DNA of 64,000 bases from Paraspadella gotoi (taxonomy: Eukaryota; Animalia; Chaetognatha), in contig CM119269.1 of assembly GCA_051294375.1 (NCBI GenBank), positions 10,708,883-10,772,882 on the forward strand, read 5' to 3'. Within the stretch, counting starts at the first letter, position 1. Every line of letters starts with the position of its first letter. The translations under genes and the position numbers were made by a program. The notes under the pieces were generated by a model that worked only from the letters and a program-made list of their open reading frames with translations, did not search any database and was not told the origin of the DNA. This document shows, piece by piece, positions 13,324 through 25,342 of the stretch.

Positions 13324-15112
13324 CCTCCCTCCCTCCCTCCCTCTCCTTCTCCATCTCTCTTGTGCGACGCTCGGCTCTGGGGAATTTTTCGAAGTCCTAT
13401 TTCTCCGTATGATTGCGCGTGATTTGTGGTTGGAAAAAGAATATTCCATCGAAACTACGAAAAAAAGATCAAAAGCAGAGAAGTTCGATTTACGAAAAGG
13501 AATTGAAAAACATTTTAGAAAGGTCACGTTGTTTATAAAACGAAGAAGAAACGTAAAATTACAAAATTGTTAGTTTGTGTTGCTAGTTTATGTGTACATG
13601 TATTTTTCGTATTTTTTTTTGCTTTGTTAAATTTAGGTTCTACTCCAAATATTTTTACGCTGCCATTGATTTATGCCAGAATTGTTATTATTTACGTCAC
13701 GTTTTTGTCCTTGTAATTGGCTTCCATGTCGTTTTTCATTTTCCCGCCAAATCCTCTTCAATCTTGGTTGTCATCTTCGGCGCGAGCAGTTAGGTATTCT
13801 CCTCTCCCATCGTCCGGTCAACATCCCCAAAAGATTCGGGATTGGCGCAATCAGAGGAGGCGTGGCTCGCCCGGAAGAGACGTCGCGCTCTTCTTGTCAC
13901 ATTTTTCACAGACAAGGGTGCTGGCTGAAACACCGTAGGCATATTTTAAATCTCCGATAGTCATTTCGCTCATACAAAAGGCTTTTCCTATTTGCACTGA
14001 TCTTTTTTTTTTAAATGACCGATTAGATGTTGAACGAAATATAATGAGTAAAATAATAAAACTGGACCTGCTCCAAATTAATGATCACCGACTGCGCGAG
14101 ACTTTTCACGATAGAAAGAAAAAGTCCGACGTCGAGTCGCCACGCTGAGACCTTTAAATCCAGGCGCCACTTTCCGATATTAGGGCCATGAGCTTGGCGC
14201 CTAACACCGTTTGTCAACCGTCTACCAAAAGATACGGCCTGGATTCGGGGCCCCTGAGGAAATTCTGTTGCGAGGCTTGGCGCTACGCGGCGCTGCGCCG
14301 CAACTTTTAACCCGCGTGGCATCCCGGCGAATTTCTCTCGGCCCCGGCGGCGCCAAATCAGTCATAACTGATGAATCTTAGGTCCCGGGGTTTTGGCCCC
14401 GCGGGTCGCGACCTCCGAGCCTCTGGCGCCGGGGATTACAGACCTCGGCGTAGAGGGAGAGAGGGTCCTAGACGGGAGTAAGGTGAGGGGTGGTGAGACA
14501 CCGCGAGATAGCTGGGAGGAGAGAAATGGAAGATGAGGGAGTTCTGGGATTCTGTAGGGCCTGTTGGGTGAGGGGCATAGTCGTTCTGGCTCGGTAGCGA
14601 GGCCCTGTGATAATTTTTGTCATCCACCCTACTAAGCTCTCATAGTGGGGCGGAAGGAAGCGAAACCGGCATAGCAAATAATTTTCGCAGCAATCGAAGC
14701 GTCGAAAAGTTAAGTTGGTTTCGTCGGAGAAAAGGAGTCAGAATGCGACTATAAATATAAAATTATAAAATTAGGCAGAGACGAATTTCTTGAAAAGCGA
14801 TGAGGGAAAGAGTGTGGGAGGAAGAAGGGACAGCAGATGGTTTGCTAATGGGTCTCGGGTAGAAAGGAGAGTGAGGAGGAGGAGAGAAAGTCGAAGGCCA
14901 AAAAGCGGGCGAGAGGAATTAGGCGTGGTGACCACGATGGCGGGAAATGAGGCGAGAATGGGGTCAGGGTCAAAAGGCGAGAAAAATCGTTCGCCCCAGA
15001 AAATTCCCGAGAAAATTGTCAAGATTTACCATTTTTCCTCCCGGCGTTTTTTTTTGGTGGGGAGGAAGGCCGAGGGGAAAATAGGTAGTTGGAGGGATAG
15101 GGAAGTCGAAAT

Positions 15113-15305
15113 TGGGGAAGGAATAGGGACGAATAGGGAAGGAATAGGGGAAGAATAGGGGAGGAATAGGGAAGGAATATGGGAGTCGGAATAGGGAAAG
15201 AAAAGGGGAGGAATAGGGAAGGAAAAGGGGAGTCGGAATAGGGGAAGAATAGGGGAGGAATAGGGAAGGAATAAGGGAGGATATTTGAGGAAGGAAATAT
15301 AGGAG
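15113..15305 (+). repeat. Minisatellite, ~11-bp unit GAATAGGGAAG
   Basis: Directly visible tandem array with variant units (GAATAGGGGAG, GAAAAGGGGAG, occasional GAGTCG). Confidence 0.9.
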
Positions 15306-16121
15306 GGACAATTAAATAGGTAGCTCTGTAATTCAAATTTAAACTCATAAATCATCAAAACTTAATACTCGATTAAAAGAATACCAAAGGATTACTAAAA
15401 AGCATTTAAGTAAGTAGACAGAGATTTCAATATGAAACCAAGGTGGATTTTAGTCTCAGAAATGCACAAGCAAAGACGGTGTGAGAATTTGTGGCAGATG
15501 GATTCAATACAGACAGAAACGGTCAGTATTTACAGAGTTCAATCGGATCATCGACTCGGGCTCGTTTTCCCGATGGCATGAAGCCCCTCTTCTCATTGGT
15601 CCATTCCGATGATGATTCGTCCAATCAGAGAGCCCTCGGTAAATTTCATCCGAGTCGCAAATCCGATTCCATTCTTGGTTCTGATTCCATCTGCGATGAA
15701 AGTATGGCAAAGAAAAAAAAAGAAACGAGTCAAGGTCATGCCCGTTCTCACAATTCGAGTCCATACGTAAAATCGGAAGAAATTGGATTAATTGTGCAAA
15801 ATAATAAGCTATACATCCTCTTTTCTAAAAAAGAAATAATAATCTTATGATTTTTATTGAAAATTGTTCTTCTTAGTTTGTACAATTGAACCATGAACAT
15901 ACATATGAAGAGCAAGTTTTTGGTCTGAGCTGTCTCGTTATTATTTGTAACCTCGCTAATTACATTCGTGAGACCAAGTGATTTAATTTTGTGCAGCTAA
16001 TCTTATACGCAAGCAAGTCGTATTATTGGGCTGGTGTTTTTCTTTTGGCATCCGTTCTAGAGGGGGAGGTCTCTTAACTGATTGGTTGCCCCTTTGGCTG
16101 GAGAAAGGTGAAGACACTGAC

Positions 16122-16172
<51 letters not shown>

Positions 16173-16832
16173 AGAGAGAGAAGAGAGAGAGAAGAGAGAG
16201 AGAGAGAGGAAATCAAATGAAGTTGAGCGGTTGTTTCTTCCTGTTTAACTATTTGCGACAACGACAACGACGACGACAACGACGACGAGATAAAAAGGAA
16301 AGGAAGAGCCCCGTTTTTTCCACAGAGAACGACCAGTTCTCAACGTTATACGGAGAGACAGACCGGCGGAGAGACGCGCGGACAGAAAGAGAAAGAACGT
16401 TCGGACGTTTGCACGAGCAGCGACGGTGACCGCGACCGAGTTAATGTCTTTTCTTATCTCCTCTCTTCCATTTTTCGTCTTTTGTTGAGGAAAAAGATGA
16501 TTTGCATGCGAAGGAAGGACGATGATGATGACGATGATCACGAAGAAGACGACGATGATGATAAGCCTCGATTCGACTGTCAATGTCGTAATCAATGCGA
16601 ACGACGACGACGATGACAACGACGGACGACGACAGTCACGACGACGATCACGACGACGACAACCGACGACAATTCTAACGGAGAGAAGAAAAAAAAAATC
16701 GAATCCCTTGGATTTTTAACTCTTATTTGCATAATTAATCCCAAAGATCTTTTGAAATTTTTTCCCCCGCCTCAGAAACGGCCTGGTGTAAATCAAGATT
16801 TCTCTCGCCTTTTCTCTCTCTCTCTCTTTCTC

Positions 16833-16924
<92 letters not shown>

Positions 16925-17424
16925 GTTCTCCCGCCTCGAAATCGATCTGGCATAAATCCAGATTTTTCACGCCTTCTTCATTTTTCTTTCTTTCTTTGTC
17001 AACCCCTGCGATATGATCACTCCCGTCTCCCACTCCCTCAATTTTTCACTTCACCTCCGCCACTCCCTCATCCCTGTCCATTATTTTCACACTCGCTTCC
17101 ACTCCTACTCTTTTTTTCTATTCTGTCTATTTCCTGTCCCTCACGGTTTTGCTTAGAATTCCGTTGTCTTTCACTCTTTCTCTCTCTTATTTTCATTTTC
17201 CATCACATTTCTGTTTATCGCTTTTAATCACTACCGCCATCTCTTTCACGTCATCTCACTGTTTCTTTCGCCAATTTTTCCACAACGCTCTCTCACTCTC
17301 AGCTAATCTCACGCCTCGTTTCTTCTCTCGACATCCTTATAATTTTTATATTGGTTGTACCAATTTCAAAAAATTCAGCTCCTTGTATTTTGATACAATA
17401 TAATATTTCCCGATCTAATACTTA

Positions 17425-17702
17425 AAACATTATTTGAAACAATATCCCATTTAATTAATAGGGATGCCAGGTACTCTGGGAGTGAATAAACGAGACTGAG
17501 AGAGAGTCTTGATTAAAAGCTTGCAGGGACCTGCTATATCATTATCTTGTAAGAGTGATAGAGGCCTTAAACCACAAAAGCCTATCCAAAGTCAGGGGTG
17601 TGGGGGGCGTGGCAACAGAGTGGCACGGTCCTAAGGGGCAAGATGGCTCATCTATTAAATGAATGGATACTTTTTATATTGGTTGTACCGTTTTCATATA
17701 TA
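17425..17702 (+). mobile_element. Diverged copy of the same repeat with 40 extra bases (17599-17638)
   Basis: GCCAGGTACTCTGGGAGTGAATAAACGAGA...AAAGCTTGCAGGGACCTGCTAT...GGCCTTAAACCAC...TCCAAAGTCAGGGG is shared with 42746-42989. A 30-bp terminal fragment of the same family also sits at 17339-17368. Confidence 0.7.
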
Positions 17703-19163
17703 TTCTACCCTAATTTTCATCCACTCTCTTATATGGATATGATTCAATTCAACTCCCGATATATTCTCTCGTTTTTTAAAGTACCATCTTCACTGCGCCA
17801 ATACCATTTACTCATCTCACGCAAATTCTTCACTTCATTCCTTCATCACTCCATCTCTTCATCTTCTCCGATCTTAAAAAAAAAGAAAAGGCCGAATCTA
17901 TCCGACGTCTAACCGATATATCTCGTCGAAAAACAGACGCTAAGGAGATCGAAAAGGGGAAAAAAAACGAGGAAATTCCCTTCTCGAGCAGATGCCGGGA
18001 GATGCGAGGGGATGCCGTTCGGCTGGAGCGGACGCCAGATGCCACTCGGATCCGGGAGATGGTGTCTGATCTCTGGCCAGATGCTCCGCCTCTTTTGATT
18101 ATTGACTCTGGTCGAAAAACGTGACCGACTTCACCGCCTCTACCCACCTCCATCCATCCATCTCCACCTCCATCTTTCTCCCTCATTTCCACCCCATTTT
18201 CATCCTTGATTCTCACTATACGATTGGATCGCTAATCCTTTCCTCTGATGACTACAACATTTTTCCCTTTTTTTCCATTTTTCTTTTCCTTCCCTTTTTT
18301 TTTATACCTCCATCGGCTCTTTTTTTCTTTTCACTCTTTATTTTTTTTTCTCCCTCGTTTTTATAATATTTTTAAAACATTTTTTCCCTCTATTAAACGA
18401 GGACATTTATCTCTCTCTCTGTCTTTCTGTCTTGTGGCCATAGGTTTTTTTTCATTACTTGGATCATTTTCTTTTTTTTTTTTTGTCCGTTTGTCTCTTT
18501 TCTCCTTAATTTTGCATCGGAGGCTTCCTTAATAATGGATTTTTTTCCCTTCTCGAAATAGCCGCTCAAAGGGAACCAACTGAATATTGAACAGACTCCC
18601 AGAATCCATGAGTCTGAAACTCTATTTAATCCATGTTTCTTTCTTTTTTCGCGAGGGATTTTATTTGAAAAAAAAAATTATAGAAAAACCTAGAGATGAG
18701 CACTTGTGTGATAAATAGGCGTCATTTCTACTAAATGTTAAGTCATAAATCTAAGAACTATGAAAATACTGAAGATTTAAAGAATATATATCTATCCTCC
18801 AGAAGAAAAAAATTTTCCCTTTCCTCCTTTCCATTCGTCGCTTTTCCGTGGCTGTCATAAATCAGCCCCAATTTTCGGGCGGAGTTTTTCTTCGGGGTCC
18901 GAATGACCTCGACGATTATGCAAACGTCCGAGACGCAGAGAAGAGAACGAGGAAATCGTTTCCTCGTCGCGGACTCTTTCGACCGAAAAGAGTTGCGATA
19001 ATTAGCGAGGAAGACGATTAACTTATTAAGAGTTACGTTTACTAAAACTGAAATCGACTTTGAAGAGAGGCCTAAAAATGGCGGATACCAACGCGCAATA
19101 AAAATTAGCGATGAAACGAAGAAGATTCTTCTCGTAGGAAATCGAATCGTCCCCGGCGCCAGG

Positions 19164-20969
19164 ATGGGGGACTGCACGTCCAAGCCGACGATCCTCGGTC
19201 AGCGGAAATGAGGAAATTAAATGACGGACTGATCGACACTGGACGTACATTCCGTACTGGACGTACTGGACGTACATTCCTACGGCTTGACAAAAACACA
19301 GAGCATATTGATCCATAGTGATGTCCCAACGCGTAAAGTGTATTATTTATTAATATCTTTAATTCATTTATATTTTACAACCTTTAAATATTTCGCAATA
19401 TTTCTTTTCTTTTCCTTCCTCAATGTCTCTTTCCTTTCTCCTTTTTTCCTTCTTTCTCCTTCCTCCACTCGCGGACGCAGACCCGAACGCGCCGATGACG
19501 CCCGAAGAGGCGAAGATGGTCGTCGACGCGTGGTGGGAGTTTCGCGAGATCGAAGACTCTGGTCTCATCGTCTTCCGACGATTCTTCGAGGTCATGATCG
19601 AGATTGCCAGGATTTTCGGAATCCGCCTAATTAGAATTCGCCTCTTCGAATCCGCGATACATAGTAGAGATTCGACAATACGAGCAATTGTTAGTCTTCG
19701 ATGAATGTCCCTACAATCATTCGTATAAAAATTGTTTAAGAGCACTGATAACGTCGTTTTAAGTTGTCGGGCTATGGTAACATTGGGGCATTTTACTGTT
19801 GGGTTTTGGGACTTCCGACCCTTAGTGACGCCTCCTGTCACTGACGCGGTTACCCTAGAACGGAGGGAAGTCGTTAGGACTGTGGAGTGTTGATGAAACT
19901 CTTGGGAGGGTGCGTTCCGCCTCTTAGCCAATATATGAATATACCGCCAAAGGTCCGTCATTTTTTCGTCGTAACTAGTTGCGTCCGCACAATTATAAAT
20001 ACAGAAAATACACGTTTAAAAATGTAAAATTTAAATGTTATTGATTATTCCAAAAAATCTTTTTTTTTGTACAACCGAAAAATCGAAGGAAACCACACCG
20101 ACTCAGACCCTCCCTCGTTTTCTCTACAGACTAACCCAGAGGAACAGCAAAAGTTCTCCTTCGCGCAGGAGAAGGAAGTTGACGAAGTGATGGAGTCCGA
20201 TCAAATGTGGATCCACATGACTGGTTTCCTCTACGCGATCGACATCCTCATCGTCGATCTGTCGAAGGAAGACTACATCAGACTGTGCGCCGACTCCGAC
20301 ACTCTCGGCTACGAGCATTTCAAGCACGGAGTCGTTTTGGAGGTGTTCAACGTTCTCTCTCCGTTCACGTCTCTCTCTCTTTCTCTCGCTCTCTCTAGCG
20401 TTGTCTCTCTCTTTCTTTCTCTCTCTCTCTGTCCCACCCTCTCTTTCTGCGTAATAATATTACTAATATATCTCATATTATGTTTATCTCTTAAATTGGC
20501 TTAAATTGGTTTTCTCTCTGCCTCTAGGACATGAAGTTCATGGCGGCGGCTATTGCGCGCGCGTTGCAAGAGTCGGTGGAGTGGGCACGGACTCCGGAGG
20601 CGAAGGCGGCTTGGGTCAAGTTCTCCGATCTCGTGGTCACTGCATTTGGGACAGGGCTGGCCAGGGCCGCGGCGGAGGTTCCACAGGAGGAGGAACCCGG
20701 GTAAAGATTGGAAATCTTTTGTTTATATATAAGTTATTAGTTAATAACTTCTGAAATTGTCGAATGTTACAGAAAACAGATTTTCTTATTTAAGCTACTT
20801 TAATTTTTTTATTCTCGGTGAATAAACTTTGATGATATTTTTTTCTCAAATCGTAACATTAAATTTTCATCTTTATTTTTATTACAGAGACATCGCACCG
20901 GATGCACAGCCGGAACCTCCGCCCCCACCGCCTCCTCCTCCTCCTCCCCCTCCGCCCGCAAAAAAATAG
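19164..20969 (+). CDS. Single-domain globin, 5 coding exons (19164-19197, 19481-19590, 20130-20342, 20528-20700, 20888-20969), 203 aa; putative N-acylated (globin X-like anchor) with poly-Pro tail
   Basis: All four introns are GT..AG with matching phases (1,0,0,2). The exons sum to 612 nt and end in TAG. Translation: MGDCTSKPTILDPNAPMTPEEAKMVVDAWWEFREIEDSGLIVFRRFFETNPEEQQKFSFAQEKEVDEVMESDQMWIHMTGFLYAIDILIVDLSKEDYIRLCADSDTLGYEHFKHGVVLEDMKFMAAAIARALQESVEWARTPEAKAAWVKFSDLVVTAFGTGLARAAAEVPQEEEPGDIAPDAQPE(P)14AKK. Globin landmarks occur in the expected order and spacing: Trp A12, Gly B6, Pro C2, Phe CD1, His E7, His F8 (LGYEH), Trp H8 (AKAAW). Confidence 0.93.
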
Positions 20970-22071
20970 TCAAAAAGTAGACGAACTATTTTGCATTTCT
21001 ATTTCTATCCGAAAATTGATTAAATTATTAGTCATTAGATGTTCTCGCGATTGTATTTAAGAATTATTAATGAAAAAAAATATACGTTTTGACTTGGATT
21101 AATAGATTTTGAATTCTCGATTCTCTCAATAACCAATTTCTTTCCAATCGAGCTCTTTCGCGCGAAGGGACGCGATGAGCCGACGGACCAGCCAAGTGGC
21201 GGCGGATCAGCGCCTGTCAGATTCCAACGGTCGACGATGACGCCTGACAGAATCTGTCAGGCTTCCACCACGACGTTCGGGCGTCTGTCGGGCGGAAGAT
21301 AGCGCCGTCGGCCGCCCGACCGACCGACAGATTATTTTAAATCCGTTCTGATCGAGAGGAAAAAACCGGGAGGCAGTGCCGAGTGCGGTTAAAGAGAAAC
21401 GGTGGGTGGATGATAACTGGTGAGTGGGATGAGGGATGATTTGAAACATATTCAAGAAAGTGAAAAGAGTTGAGAGAGAGAGTTGAACCTGAAAGAAAAC
21501 TAGATCAAGTAAACAAATTGTAAGATGTATGCCCTTCGAACAAAAGAAAAAAAAACTGTGAACGAGAAATTTGACTTGTTTGGTTGAGTTGTGATGCTGA
21601 ATTACTGATAGAACTCTCGCGAAGTCGAATTTAAGCCGGAAGTCGTTCGAGTTATCCACAGCGAGAAAGAGCGAGAAAGAACGAGAGGACTCGGTTTTAA
21701 CGGTGACCTGGAAAGGCAGAAGAAATGTCCTCCACAGAAGCAATTCTTATGGGACGCGTCGTCAAAGCCCGTTCACGACAACAACGGAATCGACGAAGTG
21801 GCGACAGTCTCCCTGGACCTCCAAAGTTGAGCGTGAACTGATTGGTTAGAATTAGTAATCGAATTACGAATCATCAACGCTGATTGGCGAAGAATCGAAA
21901 GAGCAGGAGTTTTAAATAGAATCTTGGACGGTCTAAAACTCGGGCTTCGTTCCTCACGTCGACAGCTCCAATTCAATTCGTTCAATGCCAAATTATTCTC
22001 CTCTCAATTTTTTCCTTCATTAAAAGTCGAATTTTTTTAATCAGCGTTCGTGTCGACGCCAGCCGAAGAAT

Positions 22072-22147
<76 letters not shown>

Positions 22148-22290
22148 AGAGACCGGCGCGACGTGTGTAAAATGCAAAATTCATGAGAAAAATAAAAGAT
22201 TCTTTTATATAAGTTTTCTTCCTTTTTGGTTTTCGCTTCATTTCTTCCAATTCTTCACGTTTGTCTAGGTGAAAGAATGAGTAGAGAGAG

Positions 22291-22375
<85 letters not shown>

Positions 22376-22670
22376 TCGAGAGAGAGCATGACGCGACGAC
22401 AAAGATTTATTGATTAGCTGCGTTCTGCTACTTACCTTGATTCCAAAGGTGAGCATAGAAAAAGAGCATGGAATAGAAAAATAAATATTAATCTGATGTT
22501 AAGTGTGAAGGGTTAACGTGTTCGTGTTAAGTTTAAAAAAGTAGTTTTTATTGTTTTCTGTTTGGGTTTTTTTCAGTATTCTGCATGAAATAAAACTTGA
22601 CAGCTATTGAAATGAGCAAAAAAAGAGACAAAAAAGTGAAGACAGAGAGCGAGAGAGAAAGAAAGAAAAA

Positions 22671-22706
<36 letters not shown>

Positions 22707-22733
22707 AAGAAAGGAAGGAAGGAAAGAGAAGAA

Positions 22734-22815
22734 AAGAGAAGAGAAGAGAAGAGAAGAGAAGAGAAGAGAAGAGAAGAGAAGAGAAGAGAAGAGAAGAGAA
22801 GAGAAGAGAAGAGAA
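22734..22815. repeat. (AAGAG)n pentanucleotide microsatellite, preceded by (AAAG)n
   Basis: Directly visible. Confidence 0.95.
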
Positions 22816-23532
22816 AAAGAAAAAGAGAGCGAGCCCTTCCTAATGCCTGCCCTTCCCGATTTGCTCTGGAGATTTTGATTGAACGAAACAAGAGTCAAAG
22901 ACAAATTATGGTCTGAGGCGGCGGAAGAGGAGAGCCGAGGAGTCAGCTGGGGTAAGTGAGACCGGTTAGAATGGGGGTAAGGTTAAAGGAGTTGTTGATC
23001 GTCGCTGTGGGCGGGGGGGGGGCGGGGAGGCGACGGAGACGTGTTCAGGCGGAAGAAAATCTTATCTGACGTCAACGTTGATGGGATTAAGTGGACTGAG
23101 ACGCTGGGGCGAAGTGGTTGAGGGATGTGATGGTTGAGGGTGTTGCGAGTGGTCACGGATGGATGAGTAAAGGTAAAGATGCCGCTCACAAGTAAAAAAC
23201 CGGAGATGGCGCTGGTGGTTGTGATAGATAAAAAACCAAAAAGCCGGACGTACCTCCGTTTGTTCTTCCTACTTATCGTCAAGGCAAAGATTTTTTTTTC
23301 CTCCTTTCTCTCTTTTGACTACTTAACCGATCCGTTAAGAAACGAAGCGGAAAATCGGCGCCTGAGCCGATTGGCGACGTCGGTTCCCGCCACCTGGCGA
23401 CGCCAACGCCACCTGCCCCGTTTCCTAGACGCCGACCGCGGAGCCGTTTCCGCCATCGACGTCATTAGCACTCGCGCCACTTTCGGTTTCGCATCCCTAC
23501 CGTTTGCGCCATTAAAGTCAGCGGCAGCGTCT

Positions 23533-23547
23533 CCGCTAGATGGCGCC
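23533..23547 (+). promoter_or_regulatory. CTCF-like binding motif CCGCTAGATGGCGCC in a GC-rich island
   Basis: Close match to the bilaterian CTCF core CC(A/G)(C/G)(C/T)AG(A/G)(G/T)GGC(A/G). Motif match only. Confidence 0.4.
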
Positions 23548-25208
23548 TTCGGTTACAACGACGAACCTCGCCCCGCCTACCTCCCCCCCTATTTTTCTCC
23601 TCTTCTCTCCATCCTCTCGTAAGCGCACGAACAGACGTAATCCTAGTTGGTTTCGGGGTTTTTTTTCGGGTTCTACCTTTTTCTGGCCACTTTTACTTTC
23701 CTCTATATCTCGGTGCCGTTTTTACTTACTTAAAAGTTAAACATCTGTCGTTTAACGTTTAAATTTAAAACACGATTATCGACCAACGTCATTCAATTCT
23801 CTCACCAACCAACTTCACTACTTTCATTATCATATTTCCTACCAAACCTAACAAAGAATACACCTATTTTTATTAAGCTCACTTTTTTCTGAATCTCTGA
23901 AATTTTCACTCTCCTCACACAATTAAAGTGACTGCTCTCCCCCATCCCGCCCTCTCTTCCTCCCGTTTTTTTTTTCTTCACGAATCTCTCACTTAACTGT
24001 TTCCTCTCTAATACCCATTTCTTCCTATCTTCGTTATTATCGTTTTACTTCCTCTCTCCCTCCATTCCTCATACCTTCCTTCTTTGCACGCTCTTTCCTT
24101 CCTCCTTTTATCAGTTCTTTTTCCTACCCCCTCTTTCCGTATTCTATCCACCCCTTCCGCCTCCCCCTCCCTTCTTTCTCGCACTTGACTCTCACGCCAC
24201 CTGTTTCTCTCGGCGTCTATTGGCCGCTGCTTCCAGACCATTTCCGGTTTTCTCCTCCCGAAAAAAAACTCGCGGCGCCAAATTTCCGCGTCTATTCTTT
24301 TTTTTTTTCACGGACGAGTATTCGTCTTTGGTGAACAACGTCTAACGTGTGCGCACTCGATCTTCGTCAAGACTGTGTGAGTGTACGTCCTCGTTTGTGA
24401 TCGATTTATCACGGGGTTATCGAATCGTGGCTTAATCTTTAATCTCTTGTGCGAGAACTGAGCATTTTGGATTGGTTTCTCTTGGTTTCTCTTTCTCTTT
24501 ACGTTGTATTTTTTTTTTCTCTAGAATTTGGATTTGTATTAAATTTGTACACATCAAGAAATGTCTGATTGTCGTTTGGTGGAGATAGTAATTGTGATAG
24601 CGTGTCAGAAAATCAATGCTTCCTTAATCTTCACGGACGGATGGGCGAATTTAAAATAGGCACGTCATTGACAGAATCGTCCGTTCGATGCGAGCGCAGT
24701 CGTCGCGACCCGAACTCGTTTCATTTCCATTCGTACTCTCTTCTTCCCAACTCACTTTTCTTTTTTCCCCGAGATGGAACCGAGTCTCTTCCGTTGTTTT
24801 TTTTTTTTATTCTTCTGTTTGGGATTAAATCGTTATCCGTTTACGGTTTCTCGTGTCACAACAAGCCTCGTCCACGGACCACCGCCATTGTAAACGGGCG
24901 AGGGGAAGCATTCCCTTGTTTGTTTTTTTTTCGCGAAAAAAAAAAAAAACTTGAGAGGGAGAAAAACAAAAGACGGAGACGAGAGAGATAAAGAAGACTT
25001 TTTTTATTTTTTTGCTTCTTCGAGTTTTCTTTGCTTCTTCTCCTTCTTCATTGTATCGTTCCCCCCCCGCCCCCCGCCTTCTCCCTTTTTTCTTGAGAAT
25101 CACGTTTTCCTCTTTTACCCTCGTCGAGTTTATTTCCCCCGGCGACCATTAAGCGCTGATACGATGACCCCGTATGTCTCTCGTCCCCCCCGAGGGAAGA
25201 CGTCCTTG

Positions 25209-25209
<1 letters not shown>

Positions 25210-25294
<85 letters not shown>

Positions 25295-25296
25295 CG

Positions 25297-25342
<46 letters not shown>
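25210..25342. repeat. (GTC)n trinucleotide microsatellite
   Basis: Directly visible. Shorter or degenerate arrays also at ~25996, ~26395, ~29295 and 55420-55750. Confidence 0.95.

Noticed and set aside
14360-14420. Hammerhead ribozyme suggested by CTGATGA
   Set aside because: No stem II followed by GAAA and no matching cleavage triplet visible.
13790-15690. Possible two-exon - strand fragment (15690-15534 and 13924-13790)
   Set aside because: Acceptors are reasonable and phases fit, but several frames and both strands are similarly plausible and the product resembles nothing I know.
19368-19961. 197-aa - strand ORF
   Set aside because: Antisense to globin exon 2 and its flanking introns; no recognisable domain.
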